NCBI GenBank assembly: GCA_021839985.1
Contig: JAKBZO010000001.1
Coordinates: forward strand, 676 to 64,675
Length of the DNA stretch: 64,000 bases
Direction: 5' to 3'
From: a bacterium
Lineage (GTDB): Bacteria > Patescibacteriota > Minisyncoccia > Phycocordibacterales > SBAW01
Shown here: positions 33,902 through 43,697 of the stretch, piece by piece
Position numbering within the stretch: the first letter of the stretch is position 1
How the letters are laid out: every line of letters begins with the position of its first letter
Made by a program: the position numbers and the translations under genes
Notes under the pieces: generated by a model
Told to the model about the DNA's origin: nothing
What the model saw: only the letters and a program-made list of their open reading frames with translations
Databases searched by the model: none

Positions 33902-35068
33902 ATGAGCATTAGGAGCCAACAAGCAGTCTGCCTCCGCATCTCTGGCGGGCGCGAGCTTGGAAAGCTGATCGAGCACGTATCCACTTCAAGCCGCACAATA
34001 GTCGGCGCTGATCGGGTCACCTTCTGGATGTTGGGAAAGGATCAGAGAACACTGGTCTCGCTTCCAAGCAGCGAAGGAGGGCGTATCTTTCGGCTTCCAT
34101 TCGGAAGAGGGTTGGTGGGCGCCTGCGCACAGATGAAGCAAGTCATTATCACCGCCGATGCCTACCGTGATCCGCTCTTCGACCAGCGAGACGACAAGCG
34201 GCGCAGCTATCATACCGTATCGGAATTATGTCTGCCGATATTGCACGATAATGAGCTCATTGGCGTCGTGCAAGCGAGCAATCGCTTGCGATCGGATGGA
34301 GTAAGCGTCCGCATTCCGCTCAGAAAAGGCACGATCGTGGTCGGCGAATTTGCCGGTGATGATGTTGCCCGCCTGCGAGAAGTCGCCAACCTTGCATGCG
34401 CCGCGTTTGAAAATGCTCGGCACTTGCAAGCACACCGCCTCCTCATCGACGAGCTGAGCTTCACTTTGGCGGACGCCATCAGCGTGCGCGATACAACGAC
34501 CGGCAAGCATATCAAGCTGGTCACCGTGATCGCCGTTGGGGTGGCGCGAGAGATGGGGTTGTCGGAAGATGCGGTGCAAGAGATCAAGATAGCGGCCGCA
34601 CTGCACGACATCGGCAAGATCGGCATACGGGATCACATCTTGCTCAAGCCGGTGAAGTTCACGCAGAAGGACTACCGCGCCATGAAGACCCATGCGCACA
34701 AGGGGCGGCGGATCCTGCGCAAGATCGACTGGCCGAAAGGGCTCGAAGCGGTGCCCTACCTGGTTGGTTCGCATCACGAGCTATGTGACGGCAGCGGCTA
34801 CCCCGCCGGCCTCACGAAGGACGAGATCTCCCTGTCGGCGCGCATCATCACCGCTTCAGATATCTTTGCCGCTATCGCGCAGAAGCGTCCGTATAAAAAA
34901 GCGTACGGACCGCACTACGCCTTGAAGCTCTGCCGACATGAAGCACGGAATGGCAAACTTGATCCGAAGGTGGTGCGGGCGCTCGCGCGAGTCATCGAAC
35001 ACTACGGCTTCGAGGCACTCGAGCGTCGATCGTCAAAAAGCCGCGCCGGTTCGTTCTTAAGCAGTTAG
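33902..35068 (+). CDS. GAF-domain / HD-GYP-domain signalling protein (probable c-di-GMP phosphodiesterase)
   Basis: An N-terminal GAF-like region is followed by the HD domain HDIGKIGIRDHIL... and the HHELCDGSGYP motif diagnostic of HD-GYP. Confidence 0.8.
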   Translation: MSIRSQQAVCLRISGGRELGKLIEHVSTSSRTIVGADRVTFWMLGKDQRTLVSLPSSEGGRIFRLPFGRGLVGACAQMKQVIITADAYRDPLFDQRDDKRRSYHTVSELCLPILHDNELIGVVQASNRLRSDGVSVRIPLRKGTIVVGEFAGDDVARLREVANLACAAFENARHLQAHRLLIDELSFTLADAISVRDTTTGKHIKLVTVIAVGVAREMGLSEDAVQEIKIAAALHDIGKIGIRDHILLKPVKFTQKDYRAMKTHAHKGRRILRKIDWPKGLEAVPYLVGSHHELCDGSGYPAGLTKDEISLSARIITASDIFAAIAQKRPYKKAYGPHYALKLCRHEARNGKLDPKVVRALARVIEHYGFEALERRSSKSRAGSFLSS

Positions 35069-35225
35069 GAGTCATGCAACAGCGCAGACACCCCCGAGGT
35101 GCGCCAGCATTATTGGCACGCCTCGGGGTTTATTTTTGCCTCACAGGGTTTCATATCTATATGGACCTGGGACAAGAGTGGGCGTAAACTTGCACCGGCG
35201 TCAAGAAACCGTACAGTGAACAGAC

Positions 35226-35298
35226 GTCCTCGTAGTTCAATGGATAGAATATCTCCCTCCGAAGGAGGTGATGTGAGTTCGATTCTCGCCGAGGACAC
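35226..35298 (+). tRNA. tRNA-Arg (anticodon CCG)
   Basis: gtcctcgtagttcaatggatagaatatctcc-ctCCGaa-ggaggtgatgtgagttcgattctcgccgaggaca. It is followed by the terminator hairpin aaagaaagggcgccgcttcgcggcgccctttcttt (35322-35357). Confidence 0.8.
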
Positions 35299-35383
35299 AA
35301 AACGAACGCAGTATCACACAAAGAAAGGGCGCCGCTTCGCGGCGCCCTTTCTTTGTGTTCTGCTTTGTGTTCTGTATAAAAAA

Positions 35384-35641
35384 TCACTTGGTCTTTGCTG
35401 CCATACGCGCAACCTGAGACTTCTTGCGAGCGGCGGTATTCTTTTTGATGATGCCGCGCTTTGCCGCTTTGTCGATCGCCTTATAGGCTGCCGCGACCGC
35501 CTCGACGCCCGCCTTGCCATCCTTTGCTCCGGTGCGAACATCCTTCACAGAGTCGCGCATATCGCGCAGGCGCGACACGTTCATGACGCGGCGGCGCTTG
35601 GTCTGGCGCAAAGCTTTTTTCGCTGATTTCGTGATTGCCAT
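35384..35641 (-). CDS. rpsT: 30S ribosomal protein S20
   Basis: MAITKSAKKALRQTKRRRVMNVSRLRDMRDSVKDVR... is canonical S20. Confidence 0.9.
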   Translation of the reverse strand: MAITKSAKKALRQTKRRRVMNVSRLRDMRDSVKDVRTGAKDGKAGVEAVAAAYKAIDKAAKRGIIKKNTAARKKSQVARMAAKTK

Positions 35642-35724
35642 GCGAGCATCGTACTACATAAGTGTGCTTTGTGCAACAAAAGAAAAGGGGCGCCGCAAGG
35701 GGCGCCCATTCAGGAAGAACTGCT

Positions 35725-36354
35725 TCAGCTGATGATGTTGTCCAACTTCGTGACCGCATCCAGCCATACCCGGCGCAGAGCGCGCGCTTCAAAAGGAGTC
35801 TCGCCGCCCTTGAACACCTTTACCAGCTCGGTCGTCCGACGAAACGCTTCGAGTTTCTCCCCATCGAGCGATGGAAAGAATCGCTCTGCCTCATGACCGC
35901 GTTGCAAGTATGCGTCATCGTTGCCGACGATGTCGGCAACGAGCCCGTAAAGGAAGTAGACCTGCGCCTTCCGAGACACCCCCCATATCTCACCGTAGTC
36001 ACGCCTCGGGTCAGCGATCCATGCCATCATGCGCGCACGCGCGCATGCGTCGACGGTCCTATCACGCCACGCTTGTTTTTGCTGCAACGGTATCTCGACG
36101 ATCGGTCCAAGCAACCGGCCGACGCCATTCACGCCAAGCGTCTCGATGATCACGTTGACTGACATATCGTCAGAAGACGCCGCGCCGCCGCACGCATCGA
36201 TCAGACGATCGAACAGATAGGCAATGACGACCGGCTGCGTCGCCAACAATTTCCCGACGCCAGCTAACGAAGCATTCTCGTATTCCAGAGTGTTCCACAA
36301 GACGCTGCGAAAGCCGGCCGTGAAATAAACATTTCCAACCTTGTTCGTATGCAT
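35725..36354 (-). CDS. Hypothetical protein
   Basis: The ORF-table entry is 277 aa, but its hydrophobic N-terminal part overlaps the ruvA promoter region. The start was taken at MHTNKVGNVYF (36354). No motifs were recognised. Confidence 0.4.
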   Translation of the reverse strand: MHTNKVGNVYFTAGFRSVLWNTLEYENASLAGVGKLLATQPVVIAYLFDRLIDACGGAASSDDMSVNVIIETLGVNGVGRLLGPIVEIPLQQKQAWRDRTVDACARARMMAWIADPRRDYGEIWGVSRKAQVYFLYGLVADIVGNDDAYLQRGHEAERFFPSLDGEKLEAFRRTTELVKVFKGGETPFEARALRRVWLDAVTKLDNIIS

Positions 36355-36466
36355 GACGATTCCTTTCGTCAAAGAATTTCGAAAAACTACCTGAAGTAAC
36401 GATACCATATAAAATATAAAAAGCAAGAGAGCGGACAAAAGCCGCCAGAGGATATAAGCTGTAAGA

Positions 36467-37057
36467 ATGATCGGAAAACTTACGGGAACGTTTGGCGGCA
36501 GCACAGACGAGAACTCCATACTCATAGATGTACGTGGTGTCGGGTACGTCGTGCACACACCATTGCAAGAAATGCTGCCGCCCGAAGGCGAGCCGCTTGA
36601 ACTCTACATCCATACGGCCGTGCGCGAAGACGCGATCGACCTCTACGGCTTCCCCACGAAGAGTGCTTTGTCGTTCTTCAAACTGCTCATGAGCGTCTCC
36701 GGCGTCGGCCCCAAGACCGCGCTCTCTATTATGTCGGGTGCTGATATTCCGTCGCTGCGAAATGCGATCGCGCGCGGCGATCTCGCCATGCTTACCAAGA
36801 TGTATGGCATCGGCAAGAAGAGCGCCGAGCGGTTGGTGGTGGAGCTTAAAGATAAGATCACTAAGCAGGATCTCTCCGAAGGACGCACCGCGACCCCGCG
36901 CGACCATTCAAGCGACACCGACCTGCTTGAAGCGCTTGAGGCGCTCGGGTACAGCACGGCAGAGTCGCGGCGCGCGCTCCAGAGCACACCAGACACCGGA
37001 GGCGACATGCGGCAGCGGCTTGCGGCGATACTCAAACAACTCGGCACGCCTCGATAA
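36467..37057 (+). CDS. ruvA: Holliday junction branch-migration protein RuvA
   Basis: MIGKLTGTF...ILIDVRGVGYVVH... is followed by two HhH motifs (VSGVGPKTALSI and MYGIGKKSAERLV) and the C-terminal domain III. Confidence 0.9.
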   Translation: MIGKLTGTFGGSTDENSILIDVRGVGYVVHTPLQEMLPPEGEPLELYIHTAVREDAIDLYGFPTKSALSFFKLLMSVSGVGPKTALSIMSGADIPSLRNAIARGDLAMLTKMYGIGKKSAERLVVELKDKITKQDLSEGRTATPRDHSSDTDLLEALEALGYSTAESRRALQSTPDTGGDMRQRLAAILKQLGTPR

Positions 37058-37060
37058 TAT

Positions 37061-38335
37061 ATGAAGGAACACATAAAAAAGATCCTGCGCGTACTCCTTC
37101 CTCGTTCGCTCTATAAAAAACTCCTCGGCGCATACCACCTCGCGCTCGCCTATCTCGGCGCGCTTATCTATCGCTTCCCTTCCCGCAAGCTCACCGTGAT
37201 CGCGGTGACCGGCACCAAAGGCAAGTCGTCGACCGCGGAGCTCATCTACGCGATACTCATGGAGGCCGGGCACAAAACCGCGCTCGCTGGAACGATCCGT
37301 TTTTGCGTCGGAGATGACTGCCAGCCGAACCTCTACAAAATGACGATGGTCGGGCGCTTCTTCTTGCAGCGTTTTTTGCGCAGAGCCGTGAATGCTGGTT
37401 GCACGCACGCCGTGGTCGAGATGACCTCTGAAGGCGCGCTGCAGTACCGACACAAGGGCGTCGACCTTGATGCGCTCGTCTTCACCAATATCGCTCCAGA
37501 GCATCTTGAGCGCCACGGCGGTATGGAGCAGTACGTTGCCGCAAAACTCTCGCTTGCAGATCACCTCTCACGCTCGCCGAAGCGCCCGCGTATCATGGTC
37601 GCGAATGCCGACGATGACTACGGCGAGCGATTTCTCGCCACCACGGCCGACATCCGCGTGCCATTCTTTTTGCGCGACGCAGAGCCCTACACGGCGAACG
37701 ATCGCGGCATCGACTTTATGTGGCGCGGCGAGCACTTCCACTCCCCACTTCCAGGCGAGTTCAATCTCAAGAATATTCTCGCGGCGCTCACGCTCTGCGA
37801 CGCGCTCGGCCTTCCCCGCGACGCGCTCGCGCGCGCGGTCGCGAAACTCTCGTCGATCGCCGGCCGCGGAGAACGCGTCGAATGCGGACAAGATTTTTCG
37901 GTCATCATCGATTATGCGCACACGCCTGACTCTCTGAAAGAGCTTTACGATGCTTTCGATATGGTCGCGGGCAAACGCATCTGCGTGCTCGGTTCAACCG
38001 GCGGCGGGCGCGACACCTGGAAGCGTCCGGCGATGGGCAAGGTCGCCGACCAGCACTGCGATATCGCGATCCTCACCGACGAAGATCCGTATGACGAGAG
38101 CCCGCAGCAGATCGTGAATGCGATCGCACAAGGATTCACGCGCACCCGACCGCAGGTCATTCTTGCCCGCCGCGACGCGATCCGTGCCGCGCTCTCGCAA
38201 GCGCGCGAGGGCGATGCCGTACTCATTTCCGGCAAAGGCACCGACCCTTACATCATGCGAGCGCGCGGCGCGCGCGAACCATGGAGCGATAAAAAAGTCG
38301 CCGAAGAAGAGCTGTGCAAGATCGTCGGCAAGTAG
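37061..38335 (+). CDS. Mur-ligase-family protein with an N-terminal membrane anchor (MurT/CapB-like amide ligase)
   Basis: A Mur-ligase P-loop VTGTKGKSSTAELIY and the central and C-terminal Mur-ligase domains. The N-terminal hydrophobic helix is LLGAYHLALAYLGALIY. Confidence 0.6.
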   Translation: MKEHIKKILRVLLPRSLYKKLLGAYHLALAYLGALIYRFPSRKLTVIAVTGTKGKSSTAELIYAILMEAGHKTALAGTIRFCVGDDCQPNLYKMTMVGRFFLQRFLRRAVNAGCTHAVVEMTSEGALQYRHKGVDLDALVFTNIAPEHLERHGGMEQYVAAKLSLADHLSRSPKRPRIMVANADDDYGERFLATTADIRVPFFLRDAEPYTANDRGIDFMWRGEHFHSPLPGEFNLKNILAALTLCDALGLPRDALARAVAKLSSIAGRGERVECGQDFSVIIDYAHTPDSLKELYDAFDMVAGKRICVLGSTGGGRDTWKRPAMGKVADQHCDIAILTDEDPYDESPQQIVNAIAQGFTRTRPQVILARRDAIRAALSQAREGDAVLISGKGTDPYIMRARGAREPWSDKKVAEEELCKIVGK

Positions 38336-38389
38336 CGGGGCGGTCCACCACTACTTACTAGCTTCTTTTAACTGGTCTATACTATCTTC

Positions 38390-39316
38390 ATGGCAGAAGA
38401 AAAAAAGAAGGAAGGGGGTGGAGGCAGCGCAGGAGGAGACATGATCGTCTTTCTCGGCCTTATTGGTCTTCTGGTGCTTTTCTGGTTCGCCAACGGCGGG
38501 AAGGTCTCGATCAAGAACATGGCGGGGCAGCATTTCACGGTGCAGTCACCGCTCTCAAGCACTACACCGCGCAATTGGCTTCCCTTCCTTACCCCGACAT
38601 CGCAAGGAGGAAGGGGGGTCGGGTCTGCAGGCGCCGGTTCGTCACAAACTACAGGTAACACGAGCGGAGAACTCATAAGCATCTCTGCCGACGGCGTGCA
38701 CGCAAGTGATCCATCGCAAGAATACATCACACTCTATGCCAGCGGAACCAACATCAGTCCGATCATGATCAGCGGCATGCAGCTCCATAGCGCACGGACC
38801 GGCAATTCGGTGACGATCGGCGAGGGCACGACCTACGCACAGACCGGCCAAGCAGCGAGCCAAGGTCCGATCTCTCTTGCCCCCGGACAAAGCGCGATCA
38901 TTACGACCGGACGCTCGCCGATCGGCGTCTCGTTCCGAGAAAATAAATGCTCGGCGTATCTTGCGCAGTTCCAAACATTCACTCCGTCGCTCTCGCAGAA
39001 TTGTCCACTGCCGCAGCAAGAGCTCGCATCACAGCCATCGCTTGCGGGAAACTCTCAGTGTTCGTATGCCGTCTCTCAGATCGCGCCATGCCAAAGCGTT
39101 ATATCAGTACCGAACGCTCCTGCCGGCTGTTCGCAGTTCATCACACAGCGCTTCACCTACAACGGCTGCGTTTCCGCACACCAGTCCGACTCCAACTTCC
39201 TCAGCTCGCAGTGGCGCGTTTATCTCGGCCTGTCGCAGGAACTTTGGAACAACGCCGGAGACTCGATCATTCTCACCGACTCTTCAGGCAAAGTGATCAC
39301 GGGAGTGAATTATTAG
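38390..39316 (+). CDS. Secreted or membrane-anchored protein with a lamin-tail-like (LTD) domain; hypothetical
   Basis: An N-terminal TM (MIVFLGLIGLLVLFWF), then EYITLYASGTNISPIMISGMQLHSARTGNSVTIGEG, which resembles the LTD signature, and a Cys-containing C-terminus. Confidence 0.45.
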   Translation: MAEEKKKEGGGGSAGGDMIVFLGLIGLLVLFWFANGGKVSIKNMAGQHFTVQSPLSSTTPRNWLPFLTPTSQGGRGVGSAGAGSSQTTGNTSGELISISADGVHASDPSQEYITLYASGTNISPIMISGMQLHSARTGNSVTIGEGTTYAQTGQAASQGPISLAPGQSAIITTGRSPIGVSFRENKCSAYLAQFQTFTPSLSQNCPLPQQELASQPSLAGNSQCSYAVSQIAPCQSVISVPNAPAGCSQFITQRFTYNGCVSAHQSDSNFLSSQWRVYLGLSQELWNNAGDSIILTDSSGKVITGVNY

Positions 39317-39334
39317 ATAGATCAACAAAACACC

Positions 39335-39736
39335 ATGCATCCACTGGCTGACCTTCCTCAATTGTTCTCGTATACATTCTTTGTGCCGACGCTTCTGCGC
39401 GTGGCAGCCGCATTCGTGTTCGGAGGCATCGCAAAAACTCAGTGGCGCGCTCGCGCGGAGAATCATGCCTTGCTTGCGCCACTTCTCGGTACGCTCTCGC
39501 GCTCAGCACTGACGCTGCTTGTTACCGTTGAATATGCTGTTGCGATCGCCCTGCTGGTCGGCTGGCACACGCAGATCGCCGCGATCGTTGGCGCGATCCT
39601 CGTGCTGAAATACCTTTTCGTGCGACCGCACTCCCTCTCGCCGCTTAGCTCAACCGCCAAATGGCTCTTGCTCGTGATCTGCCTCTCGCTCATTGCCCTT
39701 GGTGGAGGTGCCCTTGCGCTTGATATTCATTTATAG
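39335..39736 (+). CDS. DoxX-family membrane protein
   Basis: 133 aa with three or four TM helices, in the size and pattern of DoxX proteins. Confidence 0.65.
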   Translation: MHPLADLPQLFSYTFFVPTLLRVAAAFVFGGIAKTQWRARAENHALLAPLLGTLSRSALTLLVTVEYAVAIALLVGWHTQIAAIVGAILVLKYLFVRPHSLSPLSSTAKWLLLVICLSLIALGGGALALDIHL

Positions 39737-39739
39737 AAT

Positions 39740-39779
39740 AAAAGTTCGAAGCGGGGCGCTTCGAACTTCTTTGTTTTTG
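39740..39779. terminator. Bidirectional terminator between doxX and tRNA-Lys
   Basis: aaagttcgaagcggggcgcttcgaacttctttgtttttgt. Confidence 0.6.
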
Positions 39780-39852
39780 TCCGCCCAGTAGGATTCGAAC
39801 CTACGACCGTCTCCTTAAAAGGGAGCTGCTCTACCGACTGAGCTATGGGCGG
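39780..39852 (-). tRNA. tRNA-Lys (anticodon TTT)
   Basis: The reverse complement reads ccgcccatagctcagtcggtagagcagctcc-ctTTTaa-ggagacggtcgtaggttcgaatcctactgggcgga. Confidence 0.8.
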
Positions 39853-39911
39853 AAACTAAAACTTACACTTTCAGACAATACCAGATGAAAGTTTGAGTGT
39901 CGAGATGACAC

Positions 39912-40604
39912 TCACATCCCCAGTGCAAATTTTTCAAGAAGAAGTGCGAGATCACCGGCGCCGCGGTGGGAGTCGTGATACATGGTCACGAGCGAAAGCG
40001 AGAGGGCATGGTAGCGCGCACGCTCGGTGGGCGTGCGCGCCCCCGCGAGCATCGTGCGCGCTTTCCACGCCAAGATGCCGGCGATATTCTCCGGCGCGAT
40101 CCCTTGCGCAAGCGCTTGCATAAGGAGCAGCCACATCTTTTTCTTGTCGGCTTGCGCCATGACATCGGCGAGCGCGAACACATTGAACGCTTCTTTCTTC
40201 TCTGCTTTTTCAAATGAGGCGACGTTCGCTCCAGCCTTCGTCAGTTTCGCTATCTTGCTCGCGAGCATCTTCTCTTCTTCAACAATGAATATGTGCGGCG
40301 ACTCGACCAGCCCTTGCGCGACATCAAGAAGATCGGTGCTTTCTTCTTGATCTTTGATCTTTGATCCTTGATCCTCCTCCCTCTCCTCCTCTTCACCACC
40401 AGAAGAGACTTTCGACGAACCAAATACGCCACGCAACAGATACGCCTGCGCACCGCCCCAGAGAGCCGGCGTGCCCGCAAGCGCGGCGAGCTCGCCCACA
40501 CTGGCGCGATCAGCCTCAAGTTCTTCGAGCGCGACCTTGCCCGCCACCTTGTGGCGCGCCGTGAGTCGTTCGTCTGATGTTCCGCCGATGATGACCGTAA
40601 GCAT
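39912..40604 (-). CDS. holA: DNA polymerase III delta subunit (HolA-like, short) with an acidic low-complexity insert
   Basis: The MLTVIIGGTSDERL start is typical of delta, and a C-terminal helical domain is present. The insert GGEEEEREEDQGSKIKDQEES is encoded by gatcttt/gatcctt tandem repeats (about 40340-40390). Confidence 0.55.
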   Translation of the reverse strand: MLTVIIGGTSDERLTARHKVAGKVALEELEADRASVGELAALAGTPALWGGAQAYLLRGVFGSSKVSSGGEEEEREEDQGSKIKDQEESTDLLDVAQGLVESPHIFIVEEEKMLASKIAKLTKAGANVASFEKAEKKEAFNVFALADVMAQADKKKMWLLLMQALAQGIAPENIAGILAWKARTMLAGARTPTERARYHALSLSLVTMYHDSHRGAGDLALLLEKFALGM

Positions 40605-40624
40605 TGGTTCCTACTTTATGAACT

Positions 40625-43021
40625 TTATAAACTTTCCAACTCGCTCATTTCGCCCCAGTTCTTGCCCACCTTCCCATTCGCCACGATCGGCACGCCGCGC
40701 CGCCTTTCCTCCGGCACGACACCTTCCATGATCGCGAGGATCTTGGGCGCCAGCGTATGCACCATACCTTCATGGATCTCGAAGAGAAGTTCGTCGTGAA
40801 CTTGCAGCAGCATGTACGCACTTTCGCGCACGCCTTCGATCTCGAAAAGTTCGTCGATGCGGATCATCGCGAGCTTGATGATGTCTGCCTGCGTTCCTTG
40901 AAGCGGCGCGTTGACCGCCATGCGCTCCGCCGCCGCGCGCACATATTGGATCGGCGAGCGAATGCCTTCGAAGTAGCGGCGACGGCCGAACATGGTCGTC
41001 GTGTAGCCGACGCGCGCCGCATCCGCCTTCGTCTCTTCTATATACTGCGCCAGCCGCGGGAACGCATTGAAGTAATGATCATAGAATTCCTGCGCTTCTT
41101 TGCGCGACGTGCCGAGTCCTTCACGCAGTGCGTTGATGCCCATGCCGTAGAGAATGCCGAAGTTGATGACCTTCGCGCGGCGGCGCTGTTCATGCGTCAC
41201 CTCCGACGGGTCGACGCCGAAGATGCGCGACGCCACCGCCGCATGCACGTCGCCGCCCTCTTTGAAGATACCGCTAAGCGTCTCATCGCCGGAGAGTATC
41301 GCCGCGAGGCGCAGCTCGATCTGCGAGTAGTCGAACGACACGAGCGTGAAGCCCTCCGTGGCGGTGAACGCGCCGCGGATCACGCGGCCGAGATCGCTCT
41401 TGATCGGAATGTTCTGGAGATTCGGTTCCTGCGACGCGAGACGTCCGGTCGTCGTGCCGGCCTGCACGAAGGTCGTGTGCAAACGATCGTGTTCATCAAG
41501 CAGCGTCGGAATGTTGTCGATGTAGGTCGAGAGAAGTTTTTGAAGCTCCCGATACGCGAGCACTTCCAGAATGATCGGGTGGAGGTCGCGCATCTTTTCC
41601 AATTCCGACTCGCGGGTGGAGCGGGCGCCGCCGGTCGTCTTCTTGAGATTCTTTGCGGTGAGACCGAGCGCATCGAACAAAACTTCGCCAAGCTGGCGCG
41701 GCGAATTGATATTGAACTCCGAGCCCGCATATCCGTAAATGCGCCTTGCGATGCCATCAAGTCTTTTGTGATAGTCGGCGCTGAGCTTCGCCAAGAACGC
41801 GCGATCGACCAGCATGCCGCGTTCCTCCATGCGCCGCAGCACAGGCATGACCGGCAGCTCGATATGCTCGTACACGAATAACAGATCGTTCTGCGCGATC
41901 TTTGCGAGAAGGTTCTTCTTTGCGACGGCAAAATTCTTCGAACCGCCGGCGCGATAGATATCGTCGAGCGTCGGCTGCGTGACGCTCGAATCAAGGACCC
42001 ACACCGCAAGCGCGGCCTTGTGCCGATCTTCATCGGAGATCGCTTCGGCCTCCTGTTCTTCTTCTTTGAGTTCCGCCGCCGCTGTCTCTTCGCCGCCGAA
42101 CACCGCTTTGATGCGCGGTATGAGTGAGCGAAAATCCAGCTCACCGGCAAGCGCCACCATGCGATCCCTGTTCGCGGCGGTCTTCCAGCCCTCCTTCGGA
42201 AGAGCGAAGTCGATCGGCACATCGCGGCGGATGTCCGCGAGCATCTTCGAGAAGCGCGCTTCTTCTTCCTGCTCCTTTAATTTTTCGATCATGCCCGCTT
42301 TGATACCGACATCGAGCAGTTTCTGCTGATCTTTCTTCAGAACCTTATACAAATTATCGATCGTGCCGAACTCTGCAATGAGCGCGGTTGCCGTCTTCTC
42401 GCCCACACCCGCGACGCCCGGAATGTTGTCGGACGGATCGCCGCGCAAACCCTTGTAGTCGGCGATGAGCTCGGGCGCAAAACCGTAGCGCTCCTTGACC
42501 GCCTTCTCGTCGTAGAGGATCGTGTCGTTGATTCCCTTCTTGAGCGTGTAGACCTTCACGCGTGCATCGTCGATGAGCTGCATCGTGTCCATGTCGCCGG
42601 AAGCGATGATGATCTCCAGACCTTTCTCTTTCTTGAGTTTTTCGACGATCGTGCCGATGACATCGTCGGCTTCGAAGCCTTCGTGCTGATAGGCCGGGAC
42701 GCCGAATGCCGCGATGACGTCGCGCGAGCGGATGATCTGCGCCACGAGATCGTCCTCAGCTTTTTTGCGCCCGGCTTTGTATCCTTCGAACGCCGCATGA
42801 CGATAGGTCGGCTTCGGAAGATCGAAGGTCGCGACAACATAGTCGGGCTTGAGGTCGCCAAGAATACGCACGAGCATGGAGGTGAGCCCGTAAAGCGCGC
42901 CGGTCGGTTCGCCCTTGCTCGAGGCAAAATCAGGCAGCGCATGGTACGCGCGATGCAGGATCGCATGCGTATCGAGGATCACTAGGCGCTTTTTCTCCTT
43001 TGCTGCCATTCGTCTCATCAT
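40625..43021 (-). CDS. polA: DNA polymerase I (5'-3' exonuclease plus polymerase domains, reduced 3'-5' exonuclease region)
   Basis: An N-terminal FEN-like domain, then the polymerase motifs DYSQIELR, ...KVINFGILYG... and QVHDELLFE. 798 aa. Confidence 0.9.
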   Translation of the reverse strand: MMRRMAAKEKKRLVILDTHAILHRAYHALPDFASSKGEPTGALYGLTSMLVRILGDLKPDYVVATFDLPKPTYRHAAFEGYKAGRKKAEDDLVAQIIRSRDVIAAFGVPAYQHEGFEADDVIGTIVEKLKKEKGLEIIIASGDMDTMQLIDDARVKVYTLKKGINDTILYDEKAVKERYGFAPELIADYKGLRGDPSDNIPGVAGVGEKTATALIAEFGTIDNLYKVLKKDQQKLLDVGIKAGMIEKLKEQEEEARFSKMLADIRRDVPIDFALPKEGWKTAANRDRMVALAGELDFRSLIPRIKAVFGGEETAAAELKEEEQEAEAISDEDRHKAALAVWVLDSSVTQPTLDDIYRAGGSKNFAVAKKNLLAKIAQNDLLFVYEHIELPVMPVLRRMEERGMLVDRAFLAKLSADYHKRLDGIARRIYGYAGSEFNINSPRQLGEVLFDALGLTAKNLKKTTGGARSTRESELEKMRDLHPIILEVLAYRELQKLLSTYIDNIPTLLDEHDRLHTTFVQAGTTTGRLASQEPNLQNIPIKSDLGRVIRGAFTATEGFTLVSFDYSQIELRLAAILSGDETLSGIFKEGGDVHAAVASRIFGVDPSEVTHEQRRRAKVINFGILYGMGINALREGLGTSRKEAQEFYDHYFNAFPRLAQYIEETKADAARVGYTTTMFGRRRYFEGIRSPIQYVRAAAERMAVNAPLQGTQADIIKLAMIRIDELFEIEGVRESAYMLLQVHDELLFEIHEGMVHTLAPKILAIMEGVVPEERRRGVPIVANGKVGKNWGEMSELESL

Positions 43022-43115
43022 ATCATGTTCGTTCGTTGAAGCTTGACTGGGCGGCTCGCTGTGTGGTATATCTCAACTTAGAATCGTCCCTAACACCCAC
43101 AAAGGAGGGAGCCTC

Positions 43116-43526
43116 ATGGCTGATCACAAAGTCTCTGCACGCGTCAAAAAGGATATTGCTGCTTGCACCGATCCGGCTGTCGCCTATCGGAAGTTCAACG
43201 AAGTCCCGAGCGGCCACGAAGAGGAGGAGCGGCTCCGATACGTCCGTTGGATCGAGTTGATGGACATCGACGCAAGGACGAATGCCGCTTCTTGCACCGA
43301 CGTCGCGATCGCTCGCCAAAAGTACAAGGAGTCGCTGAGTGGGTCCGAAGCGGAACGGATCTGGTACGCGCGCTGGGTCGAACTGGCGGACGCTGACGCG
43401 AAAGCGAACGCCGCTTCTTGCACCGACGTTGCGGTCACTCGCCAGAAATGCCGCGAGGCACCGAAGGATGGCATAGCCAAGCCGACCTGGGAATTGCGGT
43501 GGGCCGAACTCATCTATTCGGCATGA
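43116..43526 (+). CDS. Small protein built of three tandem ~42-aa repeats; hypothetical
   Basis: The repeats are AACTDPAVAYRKFNEV...RLRYVRWIELMDIDARTNA, then ASCTDVAIARQKYKES...RIWYARWVELADADAKANA, then ASCTDVAVTRQKCREA...TWELRWAELIYSA. A hairpin terminator cccactgcatattgcggtggg follows. Confidence 0.5.
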   Translation: MADHKVSARVKKDIAACTDPAVAYRKFNEVPSGHEEEERLRYVRWIELMDIDARTNAASCTDVAIARQKYKESLSGSEAERIWYARWVELADADAKANAASCTDVAVTRQKCREAPKDGIAKPTWELRWAELIYSA

Positions 43527-43697
43527 TCGTTGTTCGACCCTAGACCATAGCCCACTGCATATTGCGGTGGGCTAATTCTTTGCCAGCGCACCTGTAAGCA
43601 CTGCGCCCGCGCTGAACAGCTTGACGCAGCAGCTTTGATGTGCTAGTCTGCATCCAGCGAAAGTCCTTCGGGCGCAAGCCCATAACTTTATAGTGAG

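Noticed and set aside
40340-40390. CRISPR-like or other interspersed repeat array (gatctttgatctttgatccttgatcc) and the heptamer array at 57569-57635
   Set aside because: The units are 7 nt with no spacers, no cas genes are present, and the first array lies inside the holA coding sequence (it encodes an acidic insert).
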